A stretch of 61,413 nt of DNA, taken from IMG/VR virus record IMGVR_UViG_3300044267_005592, positions 1 through 61,413 of that record; one strand, written 5' to 3'. Source of the stretch: a virus. Its lineage: Duplodnaviria > Caudoviricetes. The notes beneath the pieces were generated by a model, which searched no databases, had not been told where the DNA came from, and saw nothing but the letters and a program-made list of their open reading frames with translations. This document shows positions 26,504 to 35,287 of the stretch, piece by piece. Position 1 is the first letter of the stretch. Each line of letters begins with the position of its first letter. The translations under genes and the position numbers were made by a program.

Positions 26504-27311
26504 TATATTTCTCTTCCCAAAGTTTTGCATATTTAACTTTTATATTATCTATACACTCATGTAAATATTTGTCATTATTCTTTTCACCATCAACAATAGT
26601 ATTTCCAGCAGAGTATTCGGATAGTCTATAAAACCAAGTAGGTAAATTTACCATCTTACATTTCCTCTCATTAAATAATATCCTTGTCCAATATTCAAAA
26701 TCACAAGCACCACCAAATGACATATCTGGTTCGCCAATAATTTCATGTAGTTTAGTTCTGTATATAACTCCAGAAGCCATCATGTGATTATTAGCTCTAG
26801 TGACTTTACTGTCTTCTACACCAAACCAATGTTTAAAGCATTCTAAAGGATTATCATAAGAAGGCCAATTAACTCCTGGGTTTATATTTGGGTTCATACC
26901 AAAAGATAAAACTTTTGAATCATCTGACATCATAATACAGTTGTGAAATACTAAATCTATATTAGGATTTTTTCTAAATATATCCATAGAAGTTGTATAA
27001 AATGTTGGTGTCATTGGGTCATCTTGGTCAGTCACATGTAATAAATCACCATTTACGTATGGTAAAGCTCCTACCCAACTACCTCTACAAACTTTATTAC
27101 CAAAGTTTTTTGGACTGTAAATGTATTCTATTTCATCTTTATAATCCGATAAGTCTTCCTCAATTTCTTTGTCACCATTATCATTAAAAATTATGTACTG
27201 ATAGTTTTCTATTCTAGCTACTCTTAGCGCTAATAAATTTTGTGCTAGAGTTTCTAATATATAAGGATTTCTCCTATAGACACCATGTACTATTGTTAAT
27301 TTTTGTTCCAT
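26487..27311 (-). CDS. Glycosyltransferase family 2
   Basis: IIFNDNGD, TDQDD, ACDFEYW. Confidence 0.75.
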   Translation of the reverse strand: MEQKLTIVHGVYRRNPYILETLAQNLLALRVARIENYQYIIFNDNGDKEIEEDLSDYKDEIEYIYSPKNFGNKVCRGSWVGALPYVNGDLLHVTDQDDPMTPTFYTTSMDIFRKNPNIDLVFHNCIMMSDDSKVLSFGMNPNINPGVNWPSYDNPLECFKHWFGVEDSKVTRANNHMMASGVIYRTKLHEIIGEPDMSFGGACDFEYWTRILFNERKCKMVNLPTWFYRLSEYSAGNTIVDGEKNNDKYLHECIDNIKVKYAKLWEEKYNETKR

Positions 27312-27320
27312 AATATAACC

Positions 27321-27338
27321 TTAATATAAGAAATTTTT
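27321..27338 (-). promoter_or_regulatory. Putative early/middle promoter (AAATTTCTTATATTAA)
   Basis: One of seven copies of a WTTT(C/A)(G/T)TATATT motif directly upstream of genes. Confidence 0.55.
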
Positions 27339-27757
27339 TACACTTTTCTATGATGATTTCTTATTCTTTTTCGTAAATTTGTTGTCGACCAATCGTGATT
27401 TCTATTGTGCCAATAAACAGGGATTTTTAAATCTATTCCTGTATAATCTTTACCTAACCAATCTGAACCTAATATTCTTAAGTCATAAGAAGTTTCTTTT
27501 AAATGGTTATATAATTCTGCTTCAGTTCTATAAGTCCATATTTCATCTATATACTTACACCCTGATAACATTATGAATCTTTCCTCCAAGGTTTGAATAG
27601 GTTTATTCTTTTCTTTTCTATCTAAATTAGGGTCTTCTTGTAGACCTACAACTAATCTATCACATTGTGATTTTGCATCTTTCAGCATTAACATGTGTCC
27701 AGCATGTAGTAAATCAAATGCACTACAAGTAAAGCCTATTTTATTAGATTGTTTCAT
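27338..27757 (-). CDS. Cytidylyltransferase (TagD/RfaE-II-like HxGH nucleotidyltransferase)
   Basis: FDLLHAGH, LVVGL, LGSDW, WSTTNLR; probable start ATG 27757. Confidence 0.85.
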   Translation of the reverse strand: MKQSNKIGFTCSAFDLLHAGHMLMLKDAKSQCDRLVVGLQEDPNLDRKEKNKPIQTLEERFIMLSGCKYIDEIWTYRTEAELYNHLKETSYDLRILGSDWLGKDYTGIDLKIPVYWHNRNHDWSTTNLRKRIRNHHRKV

Positions 27758-28373
27758 AAAATGCGTTTTGTTTCTCTTGTCTTCCAATATCTTTTGGATG
27801 ATATAAACAGAACTTTTCTTCTGCAGGAAGATTTGCGAATTTAGTATAACCTTTTAATTGTTCATGTACTGGTTTTATCCAATATATTTCTTCTTTATTT
27901 CTATAGATTCTCATTTGCCAATCGGGAAAATTCACCCAACCATCTTCAGTTAATCTCCAACCCCACTTCTGAACATGTTCATCAGTAATACCTGCTACAG
28001 TATTTACTCTAGGTACCCAAAATGCTTCTACGTCTTCATTAGCTTCAAGGATAAACGGTAGAGCTTCAATTAAATATTCATTTGGTATTTCATCTGCATC
28101 TATTTGAAATATCCAATTACCATCACACTTTTTATTCAGTGCATTTTTATATCCTGCAAAGTTCTTATTAAGTGAATGCTGAGTGAGTGTGTATTCTGAA
28201 GCTTGTTTGGATTCGAATCTTTCACATGCATCCCAAACTTCTTCTGTTGCATTTTCTTTATCCATTTGGACTACTACCTGGTCTTCAGGTCTTTTGTGTT
28301 CGAATAAAAAATTTAACAACTTAGTTATTTCTTTATGTTCATTGCATACTGTTATTGCGTAACTAATTTTCAT
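27744..28373 (-). CDS. Glycosyltransferase family 2
   Basis: ISYAITVCNE, WIFQIDADE, PDWQMRIYRN. Confidence 0.82.
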   Translation of the reverse strand: MKISYAITVCNEHKEITKLLNFLFEHKRPEDQVVVQMDKENATEEVWDACERFESKQASEYTLTQHSLNKNFAGYKNALNKKCDGNWIFQIDADEIPNEYLIEALPFILEANEDVEAFWVPRVNTVAGITDEHVQKWGWRLTEDGWVNFPDWQMRIYRNKEEIYWIKPVHEQLKGYTKFANLPAEEKFCLYHPKDIGRQEKQNAFYETI

Positions 28374-28376
28374 AAC

Positions 28377-28847
28377 CTATTCTTCTTCTACTGAAGTTCC
28401 CATAAGAGTTGCTTCAGTATCTTTATTAAATTTATAATCTATTATATTTATACTACCAAAAGAATTTAAATCCATAGTTCTATAAGCTCTATTAAAATAT
28501 GAATCTAAACCTCCTCTAAGTCTTTTAGCATAAAATCCTTTAGGTGAACCTTCTATAACCATTTCAGCTATATCCAAACCTCTGTACTGTTGGTATTGAG
28601 GTATGTACCTTAAACCTTGATTTTTTGCAAACCTATCAAAAATTTGGAAACCAAAATTGTCTAGGGTTAAAGCGTGAACCTGATTATAAAATCTAGGATT
28701 TAGTATCAGGAGCATGTACCTTTTGGCTTCTCCTTCTTGTGGTCTGTATCTAGCTTCCACAATCATTCCACGTGAAAGCTTAGCTTTTGGAATTACTAAT
28801 CTTTTCCTAATCCTCAGAGTGTGTTCGTTTAGATGTGAACGAGCCAA
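28377..28847 (-). CDS. Hypothetical protein
   Basis: ORF track; operon context. Confidence 0.6.
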   Translation of the reverse strand: MARSHLNEHTLRIRKRLVIPKAKLSRGMIVEARYRPQEGEAKRYMLLILNPRFYNQVHALTLDNFGFQIFDRFAKNQGLRYIPQYQQYRGLDIAEMVIEGSPKGFYAKRLRGGLDSYFNRAYRTMDLNSFGSINIIDYKFNKDTEATLMGTSVEEE

Positions 28848-29307
28848 GACTATACCCCCTTATCCTTTTTATTGCATCTACATACCTATCAAAATATAGA
28901 GCATTTTCTAAATCTAATTTAGATTCATAATTAACTACTTGTGAACTTTCTACTTTTTCTTCTTCTGTAAGTTCTTTTACTTGAGCAAAACACCATTTCA
29001 AATCACCAGGCTTCCCTACTGGAAATACCATAGCATCTTTGGTTCTTACTGTTGATGGGTACCAATAAGATTCTCCATCGTCAAAACGACAATCTCTGAT
29101 TATCTTAGGCATGGAACTTTCATAAGTTTCTATATCTAAATCTGGATTCTTTTTATGATTCAAAGGAGTTTCATTAGTGTAAAAACCACTACTTAAATCC
29201 ATTTTAGATGCTCCAGATTTTTCATCATAACTACAAAGAACCTGCTCAAGTCCAGTTATTGGACTCTTTTTCCAAATGTCTTTATTCTTTGTTTGTTGTT
29301 TTGCCAT
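28807..29307 (-). CDS. Hypothetical protein
   Basis: ORF track; operon context. Confidence 0.6.
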   Translation of the reverse strand: MAKQQTKNKDIWKKSPITGLEQVLCSYDEKSGASKMDLSSGFYTNETPLNHKKNPDLDIETYESSMPKIIRDCRFDDGESYWYPSTVRTKDAMVFPVGKPGDLKWCFAQVKELTEEEKVESSQVVNYESKLDLENALYFDRYVDAIKRIRGYSLGSFTSKRTHSED

Positions 29308-29485
29308 TTCTTAAATCCCTTAATCTCCACATTAAGTGTGATGTTATATCTTGAACTGCACCGTTCATCATACCGGCGTCTTCTAATAATTTAGCCAAAC
29401 TACTCAAAGGTGTTTGTAATTCTTTCTGAATCCAATCTTTATCGCTTTGGTCTAATTCCATATTGTGTCTAATTACTTTTCTCAT
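29282..29485 (-). CDS. Hypothetical protein
   Basis: AGGAG at 29492-29496. Confidence 0.6.
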   Translation of the reverse strand: MRKVIRHNMELDQSDKDWIQKELQTPLSSLAKLLEDAGMMNGAVQDITSHLMWRLRDLRNGKTTNKE

Positions 29486-29495
29486 TTTAATCTCC

Positions 29496-30776
29496 TTAAA
29501 CAGTTGTTTTTAATTTTGGAAGTTTTAATTTTGGTAACTTTATTTCCTTTCTTTCTGGAACGTACTTATCCATTATCTTAGCAAATTCTAAATCCATACC
29601 TTCCAAACTAAAATTTTTATTTATATGTGATTTCTGTTTCTTTGCTTGCTCTTTGTATTTCTTATAGTTATCGAATACTTCTTTAATTACTCCACTAGCA
29701 TAAGTAGGGTTTACATAGAACCACTTTGCTTCTGGTAATATAACTTTATCCCATACTGCTGATTGGTGTACTGGTTGAAGTTCACCTCCTAATTTTAGAA
29801 CATCTTTACAGAAGTCTAAATGTCCAGACCAATTAGAAACTATTATTGGTTTTCCAGTAGTACTAAATTCAGCTAAAGGTCTACCATAACCTTCACCTTT
29901 TGTAAAACTAACCATAGCTTTAACTTTGTAATGGTTATAAAGACCATTCATTTCATCTTCTGTTAAGTCCCCATGTAATAAATATACTTCAGGTGCATTT
30001 TTAATCCCAGAAGACTTTCTAAGGTTCTTTATAGTCTCTAAAAGATTCTCTCTATCTGCGACAGAAAAAGTTGCCATTGATGTTTTAAGTATTAGAGCAG
30101 GTCTTTTAGATTCCGGAGTCTTTTTAAAAGTTTCTAAGAAACACCTGATAGTTGTTGCTAAATCTTTCCTATCATGTCCAAAATCACCTTTCAACCAATG
30201 ACCACAAACTAAATAACAGAATTTTTCTGGTATCTCTCTAAACATATCATTAATGGTTTCGGGTATTTCATTTTTAGCATTAAATACTTTTGTATTTACT
30301 CCTTCAAATAAAACTTCTATTGGTTTTTCAGTTTTTAAACCACCAACCACATTACCTTGTTGGTCTTTTTGGTCGTATACAGTTTCTAAGAAAACTTTTT
30401 TAGAATGTTCAGAAGGAACTATATTAACATCCATTCTATTTAAACCCTGAAGCCAATCTGCTGAACAAGCAGTAGTTTCTATACCTGCAGTTATACCTAT
30501 ATTGAATTTGCCTATAGGATTAAATTCATTAGGAACTGAACATTGTACAAACACATCTGGTTGTCTATCCAATCTAGGACTTGGCATAATACACCTAATT
30601 ATATCATCATGAATACCTTTTTTCAATCCATCTCTAGGACAAACGCCCCAAGGCATATCATTAATTTTTATTTCAAATCTATCCATCTTAATAAGAGAAC
30701 TTAATAAATCTCTAGTATGGTCTCCATAACCGGACCTAGAACTTGCTGGTCCTTGAAAAGCTAATAACTGTTTCAT
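29496..30776 (-). CDS. Glycosyltransferase family 4
   Basis: SRSGYG, DRKDL, KGEGYGRPLAEF (ExxGxxxxE). Confidence 0.85.
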   Translation of the reverse strand: MKQLLAFQGPASSRSGYGDHTRDLLSSLIKMDRFEIKINDMPWGVCPRDGLKKGIHDDIIRCIMPSPRLDRQPDVFVQCSVPNEFNPIGKFNIGITAGIETTACSADWLQGLNRMDVNIVPSEHSKKVFLETVYDQKDQQGNVVGGLKTEKPIEVLFEGVNTKVFNAKNEIPETINDMFREIPEKFCYLVCGHWLKGDFGHDRKDLATTIRCFLETFKKTPESKRPALILKTSMATFSVADRENLLETIKNLRKSSGIKNAPEVYLLHGDLTEDEMNGLYNHYKVKAMVSFTKGEGYGRPLAEFSTTGKPIIVSNWSGHLDFCKDVLKLGGELQPVHQSAVWDKVILPEAKWFYVNPTYASGVIKEVFDNYKKYKEQAKKQKSHINKNFSLEGMDLEFAKIMDKYVPERKEIKLPKLKLPKLKTTV

Positions 30777-32212
30777 TTTATCATTCCTATTGGGTATTTT
30801 ATTTCTTTCGAATTTTTAGTACTTATCATTTCAAATCTTTTTCTAGGGGTCCAATTCTTAAAACAACCTTCTATAGCATCTGTCATAAATTGACACATAT
30901 CCGCTGATGTAAAGCCATTCTGTATTGCCCATTCTCTACCAATCAAACCATTCCTTTTTCTTTGTTCTCTTCCCATATCGTACCAATACTTTAAACCATC
31001 CTTTATCTGCTTTATACTAACTCTAGAATCATATATGTAAGGAGTCAAAGGAGAACCTGATAGGTTCATTTGTGGCCATAGAGGATAAGCCCAAGCTCCA
31101 TGATTCTTATATTTACCATCACTATTACTTGGCCAATCTGTATTATAATCTTCCAATACAACAGGAGTACCATCATTCTTTACTAAACCTAATTGGTCTT
31201 GTAAACCTCCTATACAACTTGCAAGTACTGGGGTTCCTGACATTATTGATTCCATTACACTTAATCCAAATCCTTCAGCTGAACTTGGTTGACAAGTAAC
31301 ATCAGCTAAATTATACATCATAACCAAATCTTTTTCTGGAACTTTACCACCTGATATAACTATATCGGCTCCAGGTGCTACCATTTTAGCAACTCTAGGT
31401 AAATCAGTTCCGTGTTGGTCAATTGGAGTAGTGTGCATTAATAATCCGCATCTTTCAGCTTTTTCAGGACCTATCTCCTCTAAAAACATTTGAAAAGCTT
31501 GTATTAAATCTGAAGGATGTTTTCTTCCTATATTTCTACTATTGAAAAATGCTATAAAATCTTTAGTCTGTCCTGGAAAGAATTTTTCTTTTGCCTTTAC
31601 TAAATCAGAATCTAATTCTTCTACAGGCATAAAAATATCTTCTCTTATTCCATGAGGAACATACTTTAAGTCCCAATCTTTTCTAGGTTTTCTCTGACAA
31701 ACATTATTATTTATATTATAAGTTTGTTTTGAAATTGCCATTAGTAAGTCACAAGATTCATAAGCATTCTCATTCCAATGTGGGTATGGAAGGTCATCCC
31801 AAATATTATAGTACATAATTGGAATTTGCTGTCTTATTTCATGTTCCATATCGTATAACCACTGCCAGAATCTAGGGTCAGTGAAGTGTATAATACCATC
31901 TGGCTTTTCTGTTTCCATTAGATGTCTTACTAGAGTTGGGTCTCCATATCCACTTACTGGCCAAATTTTACAGTAAGCGTTTTCTACACCGCCTTTTTTA
32001 AACTCTTCTGAAAGGTCGAATAGTTTTCCTTGGTCTGGGTGATTTATAGCTCCACCAATCTGAATCCAATCATACTTATGGATAGTTCCTCCAACTATAT
32101 GTTTAGCCATGGTACCTACTCCAGAATTTACTCTCATGTCATCACACATGAGCAGGATTTTTTTCTTTTTTAATCCGTTAGGACTAATTTCTTTTAATTG
32201 TGGTAATTCCAT
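30773..32212 (-). CDS. Glycosyltransferase family 4
   Basis: NSGVG, RNIGRK, SSAEGFGLSVMES. Confidence 0.85.
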   Translation of the reverse strand: MELPQLKEISPNGLKKKKILLMCDDMRVNSGVGTMAKHIVGGTIHKYDWIQIGGAINHPDQGKLFDLSEEFKKGGVENAYCKIWPVSGYGDPTLVRHLMETEKPDGIIHFTDPRFWQWLYDMEHEIRQQIPIMYYNIWDDLPYPHWNENAYESCDLLMAISKQTYNINNNVCQRKPRKDWDLKYVPHGIREDIFMPVEELDSDLVKAKEKFFPGQTKDFIAFFNSRNIGRKHPSDLIQAFQMFLEEIGPEKAERCGLLMHTTPIDQHGTDLPRVAKMVAPGADIVISGGKVPEKDLVMMYNLADVTCQPSSAEGFGLSVMESIMSGTPVLASCIGGLQDQLGLVKNDGTPVVLEDYNTDWPSNSDGKYKNHGAWAYPLWPQMNLSGSPLTPYIYDSRVSIKQIKDGLKYWYDMGREQRKRNGLIGREWAIQNGFTSADMCQFMTDAIEGCFKNWTPRKRFEMISTKNSKEIKYPIGMIK

Positions 32213-32223
32213 TTTTATAACCT

Positions 32224-32391
32224 CTATTTACAATCATTAATTGTTTGTCTATATTCTTTGTCTGTCACATATTTCGCTAAACTTATATTTACAAGTTTTT
32301 GAAACGTTATATTTTCTTTTATACAAAGTATTTTAAATTGTTTATGGAACTTCTTATCAACATTAACCGATGTTAGTTTTAATTTATTCAT
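32224..32391 (-). CDS. Small ribbon-helix-helix DNA-binding protein (55 aa)
   Basis: Translated by hand: MNKLKLTSVNVDKKFHKQFKILCIKENITFQKLVNISLAKYVTDKEYRQTINDCK, a beta-strand plus helix-turn-helix RHH pattern. Confidence 0.6.
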   Translation of the reverse strand: MNKLKLTSVNVDKKFHKQFKILCIKENITFQKLVNISLAKYVTDKEYRQTINDCK

Positions 32392-32413
32392 AACTTATTC
32401 TCTTATTTGTATA

Positions 32414-32422
32414 TATAAATAT
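32414..32422 (-). promoter_or_regulatory. ATATTTATA motif, putative late promoter
   Basis: Intergenic, about 25 bp upstream of the RHH ORF. Confidence 0.5.
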
Positions 32423-32439
32423 ATACTTATATGAAAAAA

Positions 32440-32841
32440 CTAATTAATTATAGTAATTTTTTTACCCATTTTTTTTGCTTCGTTTAATGTATGGTTTGTT
32501 CCATTAGAATGAATTCCTTTCGGTATAAAACCTATTAAGAAATCACAATACTTAGCTAATAATTTATTTCTATGAAAAAAGTTTTTAGGTGAATAATTTT
32601 TATTGTAAAAGTTTTCATTACAAGCAGAGTATAGATTTGGAGTAGTATGTGAAGGATTAAATTCTTTATACTTACATTCCATTTCTAAAGCATACTTTTT
32701 TGCATACTTGTCTGCTCCATTAGGACAACCTCCAGAAACTATTATTAAATCTTCGTTAAACTTTTGACGTAGTTTATATATAGTCTCTTTAATTTTCCTT
32801 CTGTTCTCGTAAACTCTACTACCTATTATTCCTATTTTCAT
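32440..32841 (-). CDS. SLOG-family protein (YspA/DUF2493-like)
   Basis: IGIIGSR, IVSGGCPNGAD, RNKLL, SNGTNHT. Confidence 0.75.
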   Translation of the reverse strand: MKIGIIGSRVYENRRKIKETIYKLRQKFNEDLIIVSGGCPNGADKYAKKYALEMECKYKEFNPSHTTPNLYSACNENFYNKNYSPKNFFHRNKLLAKYCDFLIGFIPKGIHSNGTNHTLNEAKKMGKKITIIN

Positions 32842-33191
32842 TTTCTATCGTAATCATCTTCTATTCTAACTATATCATCCTCACCAAAGTAAGAACCATA
32901 TTGAACTTCTATAAATACTAAATCATCTAGACTTTTATTTTCTACCCGATGTTTAGTTAATACTGGTATGAATATTGTTTCTCCATAAGTGTGATGAGAA
33001 ACTTTATCATCTAAAGTAATAGTAGCATTACCAGATACTACAGTCCATACTTCATGTCTTTTATGATGATACTGATAACTTAATCTTCCTCCTGGGTTTA
33101 CAGTTATCTTTTTAACTTTACAATCACTATCATCAACCAGTATTTCAAATTTTCCCCAAGGACGTTTTTCTATATAATTTTTCACAAACAA
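32838..33191 (-). CDS. Cupin, mannose-6-phosphate isomerase type II C-terminal domain
   Basis: RPWG, LSYQYHHKRHEVWTVVSG, IEVQYGSYFGEDDIVR. Confidence 0.85.
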   Translation of the reverse strand: MFVKNYIEKRPWGKFEILVDDSDCKVKKITVNPGGRLSYQYHHKRHEVWTVVSGNATITLDDKVSHHTYGETIFIPVLTKHRVENKSLDDLVFIEVQYGSYFGEDDIVRIEDDYDRK

Positions 33192-34066
33192 CTAAAATAT
33201 CTTTCACCTCTATCACAGAGTATTGTTATAACATTTTTGGAATAAGAATTACTATAAGACCATCTCTCTGAAGCCAATACATTAGCTCCTGCGCTTATAC
33301 CAACGAATAAGCCTTTTTCTTCAGCTAAAAATCTAGCTTTTATTTTTGCTTCTTCGGTAGGTATAGTTATTACCTCGTCTACGAAATCCAAATCTACTAG
33401 AAACTTGCTGCCATCTCCTATTCCTTGAATACCATGAATCCCTTGTTCTCCTCCTGACATGACCGGACTCTCCGCCGGTTCTACGGCAATAATCTTCATA
33501 CCACTCCAGTGTTCTTTTAATCTCGTTCCGCAACCCATTAAAGTTCCTCCTGTGCCTGTACCTAAAATAAAGGCGTCTGGCGGGTCCAATTCTTTCCATT
33601 GTTCTATTATCTCCTCTGCAGTTGTTTCATAATGAGCTTTTACATTTAATTCATTATGGAATTGGTTACAATTAAACCAACCTCTTAACCCTGCTAATTT
33701 ATTTCTTAATTCTATAGCACCATCAAAATCACCCTCTTCAACTTCAATAAGATTAGCTCCGTAGAACTTAAACATCTTCTTACGCTCTTCTGACATATTA
33801 GATGGCATAACTATAAACATCTTATACCCTCTCTCGGCTGCTAACATAGCAAAAGCGATTCCAGTATTACCTGAAGTCGCTTCTACCAAAGTGTCTCCTT
33901 TTCTAATAAGTCCCCGTCTCTCTGCATCATTTAATATGTAAGTTGCCATTCTGTCTTTAACACTTCCTCCAGGATTCATGAATTCGGCTTTACCCCATAT
34001 AGTAAAGTATTCGAATTTAATTGGTAGGAGGGGAGTATTACCTACAAAGTCTGACAATTTTTTCAT
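33182..34066 (-). CDS. cysK: Cysteine synthase (O-acetylserine thiol-lyase)
   Basis: GNTPL, NPGGSVKDR, EATSGNTG, GTGTGGT, IQGIG, DRGERY. Confidence 0.88.
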   Translation of the reverse strand: MKKLSDFVGNTPLLPIKFEYFTIWGKAEFMNPGGSVKDRMATYILNDAERRGLIRKGDTLVEATSGNTGIAFAMLAAERGYKMFIVMPSNMSEERKKMFKFYGANLIEVEEGDFDGAIELRNKLAGLRGWFNCNQFHNELNVKAHYETTAEEIIEQWKELDPPDAFILGTGTGGTLMGCGTRLKEHWSGMKIIAVEPAESPVMSGGEQGIHGIQGIGDGSKFLVDLDFVDEVITIPTEEAKIKARFLAEEKGLFVGISAGANVLASERWSYSNSYSKNVITILCDRGERYFSCL

Positions 34067-35016
34067 ACTAATTTTCTATTTTCTTTTGGACATAAATCAT
34101 AATCCTCTTTAAAGGGACAAAATCTACAATTGTTACCTCCAGGTCCTGATACTGCTTTATAATCTTTTACTATCTTTTTACCATTGCTATCAAAAGCTTC
34201 TGATATAAAAGCATTAAAGTTTTTAGCAGTTTTATTTATAGATGGTTTCCCATTTGGAGGTGTATAAGTCTGAATTCTTCTTTGAGGAAAATCTGAATCT
34301 TCCCAAATTTTTCTCTTTAAAATAAAGTATTCGACTTCTATATCCTTCTCTATTTCATTTAAAGTCATTGTAGGAAATATCCTTTTAAATTGCTTAGAAG
34401 AGTATTTCTTGTATAACCTTAATTGGTCACCTTCTTGTTTCTTTTTATAATCATTCCAACCAGTAGTAGCAGTTTTTATATCTATTATTTTTATTTTGTC
34501 ATGCTCTCTAAGGACCAAATCCATGAAGCCAATTAGTACAACATTAGGATTTGTATCTACTTCTGCCAAAACAGGTAATTCTATTCCTATTAATTCAGTC
34601 TTCTTTTTAGTAAAATACTTTCCGCGTCTTTTTCTAAATTCTTCTAGAATAGCTATACCCTGATTACAAAACTCAGTAAGTTCTTCGCGGGATGAAAAAT
34701 GCTCTCCGGAATTTTTTTTCACTTCTGCAGAATACTCTTTTTTCATAGATTCAGCAAGTATACTAGGCCATTCCATAGACTCAGCTTTTTTTACAGTTTC
34801 TGTATACATAGTCTCTAAGAATAGCTGAATACATTCGTGCATAGCATTACCAAAGACATTGTATATGGTTGGGTTCCACTTTCCCTTCTTCTCCAGATAC
34901 TGAAGTTGCCATTGTTTTGGACATCTCTTAAACATGTTATATTGACTATAACTCACAGAAGTTTTGCCCATCTTATAGACTTGATTATACAAGTCTTTGG
35001 TTTCTTGTTGATTCAT
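34063..35016 (-). CDS. PD-(D/E)XK exonuclease, Cas4/AddB-like with Fe-S cysteines
   Basis: SYSQ...RCP, GFMD...IIDIKT, QLRLY, C-terminal CRFCPF...C. Confidence 0.8.
   Translation of the reverse strand: MNQQETKDLYNQVYKMGKTSVSYSQYNMFKRCPKQWQLQYLEKKGKWNPTIYNVFGNAMHECIQLFLETMYTETVKKAESMEWPSILAESMKKEYSAEVKKNSGEHFSSREELTEFCNQGIAILEEFRKRRGKYFTKKKTELIGIELPVLAEVDTNPNVVLIGFMDLVLREHDKIKIIDIKTATTGWNDYKKKQEGDQLRLYKKYSSKQFKRIFPTMTLNEIEKDIEVEYFILKRKIWEDSDFPQRRIQTYTPPNGKPSINKTAKNFNAFISEAFDSNGKKIVKDYKAVSGPGGNNCRFCPFKEDYDLCPKENRKLV
34682..34700. repeat. 19-bp exact dispersed repeat, copy 1
   Basis: tcttcgcgggatgaaaaat, identical at 43437-43455. Confidence 0.85.
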
Positions 35017-35030
35017 AAAAACTTTTTAAT

Positions 35031-35279
35031 TTATTCTGATTTGTCTTTTGGTAAAAATTCTTTACTTATATGACCACATTCATCACATTTGAATACTTGC
35101 ATAGGTACCATAGTTTTTTTACCTGTTGGTGACAAAACTGCAGATAAACTTTTAAATAGAAATACCTGTGTGAATGTTTGATTTCCACATTTTTCACACA
35201 GAACATCTGTTAAGTCATCTGGGTTTATATTAAGTTGCGCTTGTTGATTCATGTTTAGACCTTTTTCTTTTCTTTTCAT
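35031..35279 (-). CDS. Zinc-ribbon protein
   Basis: CEKCG...CDECGH. Confidence 0.7.
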   Translation of the reverse strand: MKRKEKGLNMNQQAQLNINPDDLTDVLCEKCGNQTFTQVFLFKSLSAVLSPTGKKTMVPMQVFKCDECGHISKEFLPKDKSE

Positions 35280-35287
35280 ATAATTAT

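Noticed and set aside
28377-28847. Possible T4 gp2 DNA end-protector homolog
   Set aside because: Only a vague resemblance; the diagnostic motifs are not recognisable by eye.
33333-33599. Arg-rich nested ORF inside cysK
   Set aside because: A frame-shifted reading of a conserved gene with no RBS or motif; noted only as coinciding with the CpG-rich patch.
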